DNA of 64,000 nt from the NCBI GenBank assembly GCA_023247255.1, contig JAHFGV010000003.1, positions 5,315 to 69,314 on the forward strand, given 5' to 3'. This document shows positions 45,677 through 55,252 of the stretch, one piece after another (within the stretch, counting starts at the first letter, position 1; the number at the start of each line of letters is the position of its first letter). The DNA is from Candidatus Omnitrophota bacterium. GTDB taxonomy: Bacteria; Omnitrophota; Gorgyraeia; Aquiviventales; Aquiviventaceae. A program made the position numbers and the translations under genes. The notes beneath the pieces were generated by a model that saw only the letters and a program-made list of their open reading frames with translations, made no database searches and was not told the origin of the DNA.

Positions 45677-47518
45677 TTAAATCCATCCTTTAAACCAGTA
45701 GTAAACGATGCTTGCGTACTCATGGAAAATACCCCGGATCTGTTCCAGGCTGGACCCTGTCGTATGCGTGTAAAACTGACTTTGTACTACGGCGATAGGA
45801 ATCACATGAACGTTGGGCGCGAGTTTCTGCCACGTCCAGGTGGCACGGCGCATGTGGTAAGGAGAGCTTACCAGAAGCACGCGTTGCCATTTGTGTTGTT
45901 CGATAACACGTTTCACAGCCCTGACGTATTCAGCCGTACTGGCAGCCGTTTTTTCAACCAGGATCGCCGAAGGAGGAACTCCAAAGTCAATGGCTAGGGA
46001 ACGCATCAGATCTGCTTCCTGCAACACAAAGGTGTACCCGGATACGAAAATCAACTGCGCAGCCAAATCATCCTGGTACAAATCCACGGCTTGCTTGACC
46101 CGTTCCTGGTAGCCACCGCCGGCTTTTCCTGATTCTCCGACCCCTCCCGCAAACACAACGATGGCATCGGCATGTTGTGGCGCACTGCTAACGCGAAGCG
46201 GCTCGGCGATCACCCACAACAGCGGGCTGTGGAACAGAGCCAGATAACCCATCGTCAGGCTGACGGTTATGGCGAACATCCGGTGACGCGCCTTGCGATA
46301 CAACTGGAGCAAAAGTTCCCTCCAGGAATTTTCTGATGACTCATGCTGTTTGATCTGTTCTTCGATGAGATCGCTCATCTGCGTAATGCGCGCCTGCCAA
46401 CCATTCTGTTGGGCGACAGCGATGCGTTGGAGGCTGAGCGCTTTGTTTCTTCCGGCCAAGGCTTGCTCCAAGGCGGGTACGAATTCTTGATGCCCTGAAG
46501 CGATTTGAACGATGGGTCCGTGTTGGCTGTTAAAACGTCGAATTTCAGGCAAGTCGGTGGCGATCACAGGGATTCCCATGGCTAAATACTCATTGAGCTT
46601 GGTAGGATACACATGGTCGGTGTATGGGTTCAAGCGATAGGGTACGATTCCGACGTCAAACCCCTTCACGTATCGAGGTATCTCTTCGTGGCGTTTGGGT
46701 CCGAGCAACCGAATGTTCTTGCACTGCGAGAGTTTGGCAATATCCGTTTGGGCAGGACCCACGAGCACAAACGTGCCCTGAGGAAACTGCTTGGCAGTGG
46801 CCACCAAGAGATCCTGGTCCAGCCACTTGTGGATCCCCCCGACATAACCGACGATTGGTTGGGGCAGCGTTTTTAACTCTGCGGGGATCTCGTCAGGGCT
46901 GAGGCGTACCTGCTCGAATCGTTCATAGTCCACGCCGAATGGAAACAGAAACGCCTGGGATCGGAATTGGAGGGCCCGTTTTTGGAGCTTGGCAGAGGTG
47001 ACAAACACGCAATCCGCGGTTCGAAACAGATGGTCTTCGGTTCGACGGATGCGGTGGGCTGCAGAGGAGCTTGAGGCCAAATCGTCGATACAATAATAGA
47101 TCGTCAATCGCCCTTGCAGTGCACGGATGATCTGGCATGCCAGCGGGGTGGGCAGAAAGGTCCAAACGATGGGACGATGAAACTCCATGGCTCGCATCCA
47201 ACGATGGATGGCCCGCAGCAAGAAAGACCGGTTTATCCATTGGGCGATTCGGGAATAAGGAAATGGCAACAAAACCGGGGAATAAACGAACAAGCCTTTC
47301 TTTTCCTCACGGAAGCCCTTGGTTCCCCGAATCCAGTTTCGGATTCTCTTGCGTAAGCGTGGCAGATCACGCAGGGTAGGTGCGCGCACTCCGGTGTTCT
47401 CAATGAACAAGACACGGTTCCCAGAGTCGGCAAGACTCGACATAATCTGCTGGTGACCCTGCCAGATGAAATCCCAGTCGATGGAGGAAATACAAATGAT
47501 ATCGCAACCTTTGAGCAT
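45677..47518 (-). CDS. Glycosyltransferase fused to YdcF/DUF218 domain
   Basis: GT part (YYCIDD, GYVGG, PTKLNEYLAMGIP), TM segment, then ADAIVVFAGG...VSG...EA..M...ST.E...LVSSPYHMRR. Confidence 0.85.
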   Translation of the reverse strand: MLKGCDIICISSIDWDFIWQGHQQIMSSLADSGNRVLFIENTGVRAPTLRDLPRLRKRIRNWIRGTKGFREEKKGLFVYSPVLLPFPYSRIAQWINRSFLLRAIHRWMRAMEFHRPIVWTFLPTPLACQIIRALQGRLTIYYCIDDLASSSSAAHRIRRTEDHLFRTADCVFVTSAKLQKRALQFRSQAFLFPFGVDYERFEQVRLSPDEIPAELKTLPQPIVGYVGGIHKWLDQDLLVATAKQFPQGTFVLVGPAQTDIAKLSQCKNIRLLGPKRHEEIPRYVKGFDVGIVPYRLNPYTDHVYPTKLNEYLAMGIPVIATDLPEIRRFNSQHGPIVQIASGHQEFVPALEQALAGRNKALSLQRIAVAQQNGWQARITQMSDLIEEQIKQHESSENSWRELLLQLYRKARHRMFAITVSLTMGYLALFHSPLLWVIAEPLRVSSAPQHADAIVVFAGGVGESGKAGGGYQERVKQAVDLYQDDLAAQLIFVSGYTFVLQEADLMRSLAIDFGVPPSAILVEKTAASTAEYVRAVKRVIEQHKWQRVLLVSSPYHMRRATWTWQKLAPNVHVIPIAVVQSQFYTHTTGSSLEQIRGIFHEYASIVYYWFKGWI

Positions 47519-47540
47519 GACTACAACGGTGACCAGTAAC

Positions 47541-47666
47541 TAATACAAACGCACTTATTGTTGAGACATTGAGTGCGTTTGTATTGTACGCAACAGGATG
47601 TCTTATAGTCTGATACAAACGAATTATCCTCTGGCATTGTCGCGTTAGATCATTCGTTTGTATTAG
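47541..47666. repeat. Repeat family J: two ATACAAACG...CGTTTGTAT palindromes
   Basis: 47541-47585 and 47610-47666; the second matches 25028-25063. Confidence 0.8.
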
Positions 47667-47776
47667 CTCCGTTCCTCGTGACCTGTGGCATACAAAGCCT
47701 TCACCGACGTATTTCTGTTTTTCACTGGTCACTGACCACCAGGAACGGGTCACTAACGCAGGACCCTTTCCTCGAA

Positions 47777-47854
47777 TTTTGCAAAACCTCAGTCATGACA
47801 CATAACTCATGAAACATGACACAATCCTCATTACTTCTCTTGGAATATGACACA
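47777..47854. mobile_element. Repeat family A copy 5 (fragment)
   Basis: TTTTGCAAAACCTCAGT-CATGACACA...ACAATCCTCATTACTTCTCTTGGAA.ATGACACA. Confidence 0.85.
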
Positions 47855-49060
47855 GACACCACGGACAAGACTCTCAGCGGCAAAAAGGCTGAGCACCAAC
47901 TCCCAAGGAACCCGATGTTTCATGTTGATGGCCGTAGCCGCATGCAGGAGTGCTAACCCACCCACCGCGGCCATCAACATTACAATCCAGTGACGCTGCA
48001 TGGGTGTCGCTTGTTTCCAATGCCCGATGAGTCCTCCTACGCCAAAGATCAAAAGGAGGATATAGACGCCTCGGTAGAGCCTTTGCTGCCAAGCATTATA
48101 CTCGATTCCCGCATTTGGGGAGAACCAGAAAAATGCCCAGAGCTTACGGATGAACAACCCGATGGATCGTCCTGGATGCGTACGGACAAAGCGCTTGACC
48201 TCTTCGAGGAATATTTCGTACTGTTCTAATTCGGAAGCGCTAGCGATCTTGGCTTGCAATTCAGGCTCGGTGAGGTAAAAGACACGCTGTCCTTCCCCGT
48301 CGGAGTAGGTCCCGTTTGAGTGGGGATTATTCCCAAGCCAAAGGATATGGGCGGCGTCCGTCGTCAGGATGAGGCGTCCAAAGAGCCGGTAGTTCCTGAT
48401 GAGCCATGGCGCTATGATGAGCAATGCCACAACCAACCAGACGCAAGCCCTGCGCGCCACCACCGCTTTCTTCATTCCAGGAAAAAGAGCCCTACTCAGC
48501 CACATCACAAGGCCAGGAACCAGCAGCGTGGCCCGTTGCCAGAGCGAGAATCCCATCATTAGTCCTGCCAAGGCACTCCGGCGCAACCCACCGGCGTGAT
48601 CGCTCATGGCCCAGAGGATGCTGAGGGCCGTCGCAACGAACAACAAGGCATCCAAGCTGAGCGGGTGGATGAAGTGAGTGTCGTAGTAGACCAGAAAAGG
48701 GTTCGCCGAAGCGATCATTCCGGCAACGACGGCTCTTGAAACATTGCGAAACAGATGATAGCCGATCAGGCTCACCCCAAGGGCGGTGGCAATACCGAAA
48801 AGGCTTTGAACGAGCATGACCGTGACCGCATGCGTCTTACCGCCACGGCTCAGCCAAGAGAGCAGGATGATGTAGAGGGGTTCTTTCCAGGCGTGGTAAG
48901 TCGCTCCATACTGCTCGAACACAAAACCTCGTCCTGCATTGAGATTGTCCGCGATGATCGATGGCTCAAAATGTTTGAGTGTCCCTGGCGTCGGATCGCA
49001 GAGCAGGAGAAGCCCACGAGCCAGCAATCCGGTTGCAATCACCCACAGAAATCTCTTCAT
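47831..49060 (-). CDS. Polytopic membrane glycosyltransferase (PMT/ArnT-like, GT-C)
   Basis: A.NL..G.GF, PLY, PWLIRNY..FG, GNNP, many TM helices. Confidence 0.75.
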   Translation of the reverse strand: MKRFLWVIATGLLARGLLLLCDPTPGTLKHFEPSIIADNLNAGRGFVFEQYGATYHAWKEPLYIILLSWLSRGGKTHAVTVMLVQSLFGIATALGVSLIGYHLFRNVSRAVVAGMIASANPFLVYYDTHFIHPLSLDALLFVATALSILWAMSDHAGGLRRSALAGLMMGFSLWQRATLLVPGLVMWLSRALFPGMKKAVVARRACVWLVVALLIIAPWLIRNYRLFGRLILTTDAAHILWLGNNPHSNGTYSDGEGQRVFYLTEPELQAKIASASELEQYEIFLEEVKRFVRTHPGRSIGLFIRKLWAFFWFSPNAGIEYNAWQQRLYRGVYILLLIFGVGGLIGHWKQATPMQRHWIVMLMAAVGGLALLHAATAINMKHRVPWELVLSLFAAESLVRGVCVIFQEK

Positions 49061-49064
49061 CCAA

Positions 49065-50246
49065 TCACCCCTGCCCAGTGGCATTAATGATTTCTGGCCG
49101 TGCCAGTTGCCATGCCACCCTGACGCAGTAGACCCATGTCAAGACTCCAAGGAATCCGACGATGAACATTCCGATCAAATCCCCGATGTGCAAAAGACGG
49201 AGGTTCGCGGTCACCGATCTGACGCCGTAGAGACCATTGAGCCCCGCCTGCCAGTAAGATCCCGCGATGAATAGACCCGCGAGGATGCTGTACAGGAACG
49301 CTTGCCGTCGGTTGACGATCAGCCAGAACGGAACGACCCAGACCAGCCACTGGATACCAAACCCGGGGCTGATGGCATAGAGTCCCACAAGGAATAACAG
49401 GCTCGATTTCCAAGGATCCTGAGATTTTACGCGCCATGTCCAGAGTCCAAAGGCAAGAGCCCAGAGCCAGTAGAAGGACGCTCCGTAATGCTGGAGGAAT
49501 TGATTGATGGGATCGGTGATGGCGCTCACACTGTTTAGCCCGAGCATGGCCAGCAGGCGAGGACCTTGGACCAAGGGGATGGTATATCCCCAGGAGCCAT
49601 AGGTCCACGTCGGGGAAAAGATTCTGCCTGGAGAATGACTCTCTAGCAGCGAGAGATTGAGGAGAAGAAACGTGATACCGAACACTGCCAGCACCATCGG
49701 CCGCTGGACTTTCGAGCGCTTCAGGAATAGGACGATCAAAACCGCATAATGCTGGCGTACACTTCCGGCGAGTCCCAGTGCTAATGCCCCGAGTTTAAAC
49801 CGATTCCGCTCCAGTAGCCAGAACGCCAGGACCGCTGCGGCCATGGCAACGGTATGGAGCTGACCATGGTAAACCGAAAGGAGAAACGTCACGGGATTTA
49901 GCATGTACGCAATCGCCGCGCGCTCCCCGCCCCTCAAGGTCGTGCGAAGTAGAAGGGCTACCCCGAGATCTGCAACGATTGCCGGTGTCTTCAGCAAGAA
50001 CGAAAATGGAATCCCCGTGAAGTGTGAGGTCATGAGGCACGCTGCCGCAATCAGGTAATGACCTAACGGAAAGAACGCGGGTCCCCCGCCGGTATTCTGG
50101 GGATCGAACAGGTCATGGCCAGCTAAAAAGGCCGATGCCTGCAGGGACGTTTGGTAGATATCAGCGGTCCAGCCCCATACTGAGGCCAGAACAAGTTTAA
50201 GGAGTGTTACTGCCAAAAGGAGCCACACAATGCGCCGACCGGGCAT
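49065..50246 (-). CDS. Membrane glycosyltransferase-like protein (GT87/mannosyltransferase-like)
   Basis: LK.P.I.AD, LNPV...S..HGQ, QWLVW.VP; many TM helices. Confidence 0.65.
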   Translation of the reverse strand: MPGRRIVWLLLAVTLLKLVLASVWGWTADIYQTSLQASAFLAGHDLFDPQNTGGGPAFFPLGHYLIAAACLMTSHFTGIPFSFLLKTPAIVADLGVALLLRTTLRGGERAAIAYMLNPVTFLLSVYHGQLHTVAMAAAVLAFWLLERNRFKLGALALGLAGSVRQHYAVLIVLFLKRSKVQRPMVLAVFGITFLLLNLSLLESHSPGRIFSPTWTYGSWGYTIPLVQGPRLLAMLGLNSVSAITDPINQFLQHYGASFYWLWALAFGLWTWRVKSQDPWKSSLLFLVGLYAISPGFGIQWLVWVVPFWLIVNRRQAFLYSILAGLFIAGSYWQAGLNGLYGVRSVTANLRLLHIGDLIGMFIVGFLGVLTWVYCVRVAWQLARPEIINATGQG

Positions 50247-50247
50247 C

Positions 50248-50934
50248 TTAAGATTTCTTACGGCCCAAGATCCAATTTGAAATTCCCAGTGGCGAACGAT
50301 AGGGGATTCTGCCAAGGAAGGTAAGGAGCCCAGGTGGAGTGACGTTTGGAAACAACCATCCGCCACAGCCTACTCGCTCGATTTCAAGAGCCGCTGACTC
50401 AAGCAAGCCACGCAGATAGGCGCTTGTGTAGCGCAACACCAACCGATGCTCACGATCCATCAGGGCAAACAGGCATTGCAGCAGGTTGCTGCGGTTGGGC
50501 TCCGCCACGAGGACGTACCTGCGGCTCACACGAGCCATTTCCGCAACGGCCGGCCGTGGATCAGCAAGATGATGCAGCACCTCCCAGCCGTAGACAAGGT
50601 CAAAGCTATTGCTCTCAAACGGCAAGGCGAGGGCATCAGCGATCCCTACCCTTGCCTTCGCGCGCAAGGGGTGTCGCAAGAGCATGTCCTCGGATCGATC
50701 GACGGCCCATAGATCAGCTATATGTTCTTGCATGTAATACGTGGAGATGCCGCTGCCGCAACCAACGTCCAACGCATTCTTAATGTCGCACCAATCAAGC
50801 CACTCGCTGAGGTATTCGATTCGCTGCCTGGCGAAGAACCTAACCACCGTATGATCGTAGGCCCTGAACCGCTTAGCATCCTTCCAATAATCATGTTGTG
50901 AGCCGACGGTCGCAGAAGATCTCACCGTCGTCAT
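50248..50934 (-). CDS. Class I SAM-dependent methyltransferase
   Basis: LDVGCGSG, DALALPF...SFD, LHHL.DP...EM.RV; ATG overlaps asnB stop. Confidence 0.88.
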   Translation of the reverse strand: MTTVRSSATVGSQHDYWKDAKRFRAYDHTVVRFFARQRIEYLSEWLDWCDIKNALDVGCGSGISTYYMQEHIADLWAVDRSEDMLLRHPLRAKARVGIADALALPFESNSFDLVYGWEVLHHLADPRPAVAEMARVSRRYVLVAEPNRSNLLQCLFALMDREHRLVLRYTSAYLRGLLESAALEIERVGCGGWLFPNVTPPGLLTFLGRIPYRSPLGISNWILGRKKS

Positions 50935-52862
50935 GACGAGGGAGTGGCGATCATTCGCGGGCCGTAACCAATCGGCGTAGGATCCTCTGGACGCTTTTCC
51001 ATAAACTGTTGCCACCAGAGAGAAAGACACAGCAGGCCCCAAAGTTTGTGCGAGTGATCCGCCACGCCCTTGCCATGTTCCTGGATAAGTCGCTCGATCT
51101 GTGAGCGCTCGAACATCGCGAAGATTCCGGGCCGGACATCGAGCAGATGACGGTGCACGAATGCGCGTTGTTCCTCTTTGAGCCATCGAGCTACGGGGAT
51201 GTTGAACCCGGCTTTCGATCGAGCTCGCACCGCGTCGGGAAGCAGCCGCCGGGTGGCTCGACGCAGCAAGGTCTTGTCGTGTCTGCCCCAAGGGCACTTC
51301 GTCCGATCGGACAGAGCGAATGCGAACTCAACCAGACGGTAATCGAGGTAAGGGGTCCTCGCCTCGAGCCCCCAGGCCATCGTCATGCGGTCGACTTTGA
51401 CCAACATGTCATTGGGAAGATAGAAGCGAAGATCGGCATAGAGGAGCTTGTTGATGAACCCCCAGTCTTTGGCATGTTCAAGGTAGGGTTCGTAGAGGCT
51501 TGCCATCGCGGATCTCGCCGCTTGGGTCTTCCAGAGCGCGCGCTTTTCTTGTTCGCTAAAGATCACCCGCCATGAGGCATGGGCATGGGCCGTGTCACGA
51601 ATATCCGCGTTGACGAAGCGACGCAGTCGCGACTCGAGGCTGCCTTTGCGGACGGACACTGGCAGGCGATTCACCATCGGACGAATCACGCCCTCCCGAA
51701 GAACCGCTGGAAATTGCCGGTAGAACGCTGCCAGCCGCGTCGCAAGATACGTGGGGTAGCCGCCCAACAACTCATCGGCCCCATCGCCAGTCAGCACGAC
51801 TTTCACTTCCTCACGAGCCCGCTGAGCCAGGCGGTAGAGTGCGAGCATGGACGCATCGGCCGTGAGTTCCTCGCTATGCCAGACGATTGTGGGCAGCTGC
51901 TCAAGATCGTGCGACTCCACCAGGGCTTCGTGATGCGTCGTGCCGAGGCTGCTGGCAACCAACCGCGCCGCAGCCGCCTCGTTGTAAGAGCGATCGCGAA
52001 AAGTTGCCGTAAATGTCTTCACGGGATGAATCCGATCACGCTGCATCCATCCCACGACGGCACTCGAGTCAAGCCCGCCACTTAAGAACGCGCCCACTTC
52101 GACATCGCTCACTAGACGCATACGGACCGCATCGAAAAGCAGCGCCTCGAAGTGAGCGATTGCCTGACGCCCATCCTGAGCTGACGGTTCAATGTCCCAG
52201 TATTGGGTAAACTGCGGCGCTTTGTCCCTTCGGTAGACGGCGTACTGTCCCGGGAGCAACTGGAAGACCCCCTCAAAGAGCGTCAGAGGTGCCGGGGTGT
52301 AGTTCAGTGAGAGGAACCGATGGAGCGCTTCCTCATTGAGCGCGGGTGCTGTCGGCAAGGCTGGCAGGAGTCCCTTGATTTCTGAGGCAAAGGCAAGACA
52401 CGAAGGATGCAGGCTGTAAAACAACGGCTTGACGCCGAGGCGATCCCGCACAAGCCACAGCATCTGTTCATCGGCATCCCAGAGGGCAAAGGCAAACATC
52501 CCATTGAACCGAGCTAGGCATGCTCGGCCCCATTCCTGATACGCATACAGGATGACCTCGGTATCCGTCCGAGAACGGAAGGAATATCCACGTGCCTCGA
52601 GTGTCTGGCGGAGCTCTTGAACGTTAAAAATCTCTCCATTATAGGTTATCCAGATTCGCCCATCGGGCGTCGACATCGGTTGAGCGCCCGCAGGGCTCAG
52701 ATCCAATACGGCTAAGCGCCGATGGCCAAGCCCGATGGGTCCGTTCACGTAGATGCCCTCGCCGTCAGGGCCGCGGTGGGCGAGCAGCCGGGTCATCCGT
52801 TCGATCACCTCGCGTGAAACGGGTTCGCCTGTTCGATTCCAAAGCCCTGCGATACCGCACAT
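50931..52862 (-). CDS. asnB: Asparagine synthase-like amidotransferase 2
   Basis: MCGIAG, HRGPDG, NGEIFN, LSGGLDSS, GDGADE, KVDRMTMA.GLE.R.P. Confidence 0.93.
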   Translation of the reverse strand: MCGIAGLWNRTGEPVSREVIERMTRLLAHRGPDGEGIYVNGPIGLGHRRLAVLDLSPAGAQPMSTPDGRIWITYNGEIFNVQELRQTLEARGYSFRSRTDTEVILYAYQEWGRACLARFNGMFAFALWDADEQMLWLVRDRLGVKPLFYSLHPSCLAFASEIKGLLPALPTAPALNEEALHRFLSLNYTPAPLTLFEGVFQLLPGQYAVYRRDKAPQFTQYWDIEPSAQDGRQAIAHFEALLFDAVRMRLVSDVEVGAFLSGGLDSSAVVGWMQRDRIHPVKTFTATFRDRSYNEAAAARLVASSLGTTHHEALVESHDLEQLPTIVWHSEELTADASMLALYRLAQRAREEVKVVLTGDGADELLGGYPTYLATRLAAFYRQFPAVLREGVIRPMVNRLPVSVRKGSLESRLRRFVNADIRDTAHAHASWRVIFSEQEKRALWKTQAARSAMASLYEPYLEHAKDWGFINKLLYADLRFYLPNDMLVKVDRMTMAWGLEARTPYLDYRLVEFAFALSDRTKCPWGRHDKTLLRRATRRLLPDAVRARSKAGFNIPVARWLKEEQRAFVHRHLLDVRPGIFAMFERSQIERLIQEHGKGVADHSHKLWGLLCLSLWWQQFMEKRPEDPTPIGYGPRMIATPSS

Positions 52863-52880
52863 CGTCAGTTGTGGTGGTAT

Positions 52881-52972
52881 ATAGCAGATAGCTCGATAAC
52901 AGATAGCACATAGAAAAACGACATGCCGTTCTTCGCTCCTATCTCTGTGCTATCTGCTATTTGCTATGTGCT
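52881..52972. repeat. Repeat family K copy 2, overlapping the GT2 stop
   Basis: ATAGCAGATAGCTCGATAACAGATAGCACATAG ... TGTGCTATCTGCTATTTGCTATGTGCT. Confidence 0.85.
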
Positions 52973-53870
52973 GAATTCTCGCTTTTGAAAAATCGCGCTC
53001 GAGTTGCTCTTTGCGAAGCTGGGCAATCTGATCAGAGATCAATCCCACAGAGAACAACAATAACGACGTGAGGAACAACAACAGTGCCCCGACGCTTATG
53101 CCACGACCCGCCAGAGCATAGGGAACTCCCCAGACAATCCCCGCGACGCATGTGAGGGCGCTGATTGGCAGAAACACCCGCAGGGGATCGATGAGGGTCG
53201 CGATCCTCAAGAGCAGCATCAAAGTATCCAATCCTGTCCGAACAGTGACACGCCCCTGCGATGAAGCGGCAATGACCTCAACAGGCACAAACCTGACCCG
53301 GTAGCCCCAGGCCATTAGAAGCACCAGGCTTGTAGCCGTAAATGAGTAGCCCTCTGCGCAGAGGGGTAGGTATCTGAGGATGACAGATCGTCGGTACATT
53401 CGTAATCCGCAGTTCAGGTCCGGAATCCGTCGTTTCACCAGGTAGCTGCTCAAGCGTTTGAGAAGCCATTTCCCTGGAAGTTTCCAGAACGTGCTGTGCA
53501 GCCAATGGATGCGATGTCCTGCGACGAGATCGTAAGTATCCGCAACGGTAAAGAATTGCTCGATGGCGCTTGTTGGATGCTGTCCATCCCCGTCGAGGGT
53601 TAGGACGAACTCGCCAGTCGCTGCGAGAATTCCGGACTTCAATGCAGCTCCATAGCCGCGCGATACGGGATGATGAATGACCCGCGCTCCGGCGGCTTTC
53701 GCGAGTGAGGCCGTCTCATCTTGTGAGCCATCATCCACGACGATGACCTCAGACAAGAAAGAATGATGGGACCATAGATCAGAAACCACTTGTCGAATGG
53801 TTCCAGCTTCATTCTGGGCTGGGATTACGACTGAGACACAGCGGGAATCGATCATCAGGATTTCTCGCAT
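52950..53870 (-). CDS. Glycosyltransferase family 2 (DPM1-like) with C-terminal TM helices
   Basis: SVVIPA.NE, VVDDGS.D, GYGAAL, LDGDGQH, D.NCG.R. Confidence 0.9.
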   Translation of the reverse strand: MREILMIDSRCVSVVIPAQNEAGTIRQVVSDLWSHHSFLSEVIVVDDGSQDETASLAKAAGARVIHHPVSRGYGAALKSGILAATGEFVLTLDGDGQHPTSAIEQFFTVADTYDLVAGHRIHWLHSTFWKLPGKWLLKRLSSYLVKRRIPDLNCGLRMYRRSVILRYLPLCAEGYSFTATSLVLLMAWGYRVRFVPVEVIAASSQGRVTVRTGLDTLMLLLRIATLIDPLRVFLPISALTCVAGIVWGVPYALAGRGISVGALLLFLTSLLLFSVGLISDQIAQLRKEQLERDFSKARIQHIANSR

Positions 53871-55213
53871 GCCTTTACTTCAAGCGCAAGGGGTTTAATC
53901 CCCGCGACCATCCATCCCCGATCCTTAGCGCTCAGAACCTGCTTGAGTCCTGCTGACTCAAGCAAGGCGATGGCCTTTGCTTGGCTGTAGCGCCACTCGA
54001 TGGGAGTCGAGAACCGGTCATAAAGATCGCCAGCGAGACTCAGGGGGTTCTTGGCATGACGAAAAGGAAAACTTAAGGCGAATGAGCCACAGCCGCGGAT
54101 GCGGCGAAGGATATGATAAGGGACGGTGAATAGGAGGTAGACGAAAGGGGAGGCGAGCTGACAAAACTTGTACAACAGCCAATGAGGCACGTGTGGGGTG
54201 AGCTTCCTCAACTGGTTGGCGACAAGAAGGAGCCACCGCCAGCCTATTGACCGGTCGCTGAAGTCTTCATAGAGATACACGGCAATAGTACCTCCCCCTT
54301 TGAGCACGCGTACTAATTCCTGCAGGCCTTCTTGCGGTGAAGAAAGATGATGGAGCACTCCATAGGAGTACACGAAGTCAAAGGTATTGTCATCAAACGG
54401 CAGGCAGCAGAGATCCGCCTGAGCCACATGGCTGTTAGGCGTTGAAGCCAATCGCTTCAGGCTTGCATGGCAACCGGTTTCGGTGAGTTCAACCCCGATG
54501 ATTTCAACGCCCGGGCGGTGAGCCTGGTTTGCCAAGTCAATGCCATCCCCACACCCACCATCTAAAACCAACCCCTGCGCAGGAGACAGACTCAGACGCT
54601 GTTCCATTCGATCAAAGTGGTAGGATCGGTGGGTATGCGCTTTTTGTGAACGGCTCCAGAGATAACCGAAGCTGGAGGCTGTTCTCGTCGTTAACCAAGC
54701 GCTTTTCTGCAAGCTCTGTGGATCCCCACCAGAGGATCCTGTGGCATCCAGAAATACGCCCCGCGTGGGGCGACATCCCGCCCACCCAATCATTGAAGCA
54801 AACCAACTGGGCCCTATGCCTTCGGCCGTGGCCCGATGGCGGGGAGGAGCCTCTCGAGAGGAGCCTGTGGCACCGGTAAGTCCACCTCCCCACCCATCGG
54901 CTGTTGCACTGTCGTGTTGCTCACGGCCAAAGGCCGTGGCGCAATGGCGGGGTGGAATGCATCGGGGCAAGCCATCTTGGATCACGTAGGATTCTTGGCA
55001 CGTCGTACAAGATAGAGTAGCCGCCAGAACATCGTACGCGGCACAGCGTGAGCAGTCGCGGGGACCTCCTACGATATCTAAAAAGGGACACAACCCTTGG
55101 CAGGGTTTGAGGGATTTATCTGAGACTTCCACCTGTCGTATTTGCGGCTTCTCCATGCGAAATGAAGAATGGCAGACCGGGCATCTTAACGTTTCCAATA
55201 ATCGCAGTTTCAT
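53855..55213 (-). CDS. Trm112-like domain plus SAM-dependent methyltransferase, with in-frame repeat insertion
   Basis: LL..LRCPVC...L.C..C...Y.I.DGLPR; T..SFG..W; LDGGCGDG; YSYGVLHH. Confidence 0.85.
   Translation of the reverse strand: MKLRLLETLRCPVCHSSFRMEKPQIRQVEVSDKSLKPCQGLCPFLDIVGGPRDCSRCAAYDVLAATLSCTTCQESYVIQDGLPRCIPPRHCATAFGREQHDSATADGWGGGLTGATGSSREAPPRHRATAEGIGPSWFASMIGWAGCRPTRGVFLDATGSSGGDPQSLQKSAWLTTRTASSFGYLWSRSQKAHTHRSYHFDRMEQRLSLSPAQGLVLDGGCGDGIDLANQAHRPGVEIIGVELTETGCHASLKRLASTPNSHVAQADLCCLPFDDNTFDFVYSYGVLHHLSSPQEGLQELVRVLKGGGTIAVYLYEDFSDRSIGWRWLLLVANQLRKLTPHVPHWLLYKFCQLASPFVYLLFTVPYHILRRIRGCGSFALSFPFRHAKNPLSLAGDLYDRFSTPIEWRYSQAKAIALLESAGLKQVLSAKDRGWMVAGIKPLALEVKACEKS
54721..54953. 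repeat. Two tandem family F units (reverse) inside the methyltransferase gene
   Basis: Reverse complement: CCCCGCCATTGCGCCACGGCC...GTGCAACAGCCGATGGGTGGG...TGCCACAGGCTCC, then CCCCGCCATCGGGCCACGGCCGAAGG...GATGTCGCCCC...TGCCACAGGATCC. Confidence 0.88.
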
Positions 55214-55252
55214 CCCGATCGCCTGGTGGGTGTTTGAGAGACGTGAGCCATC

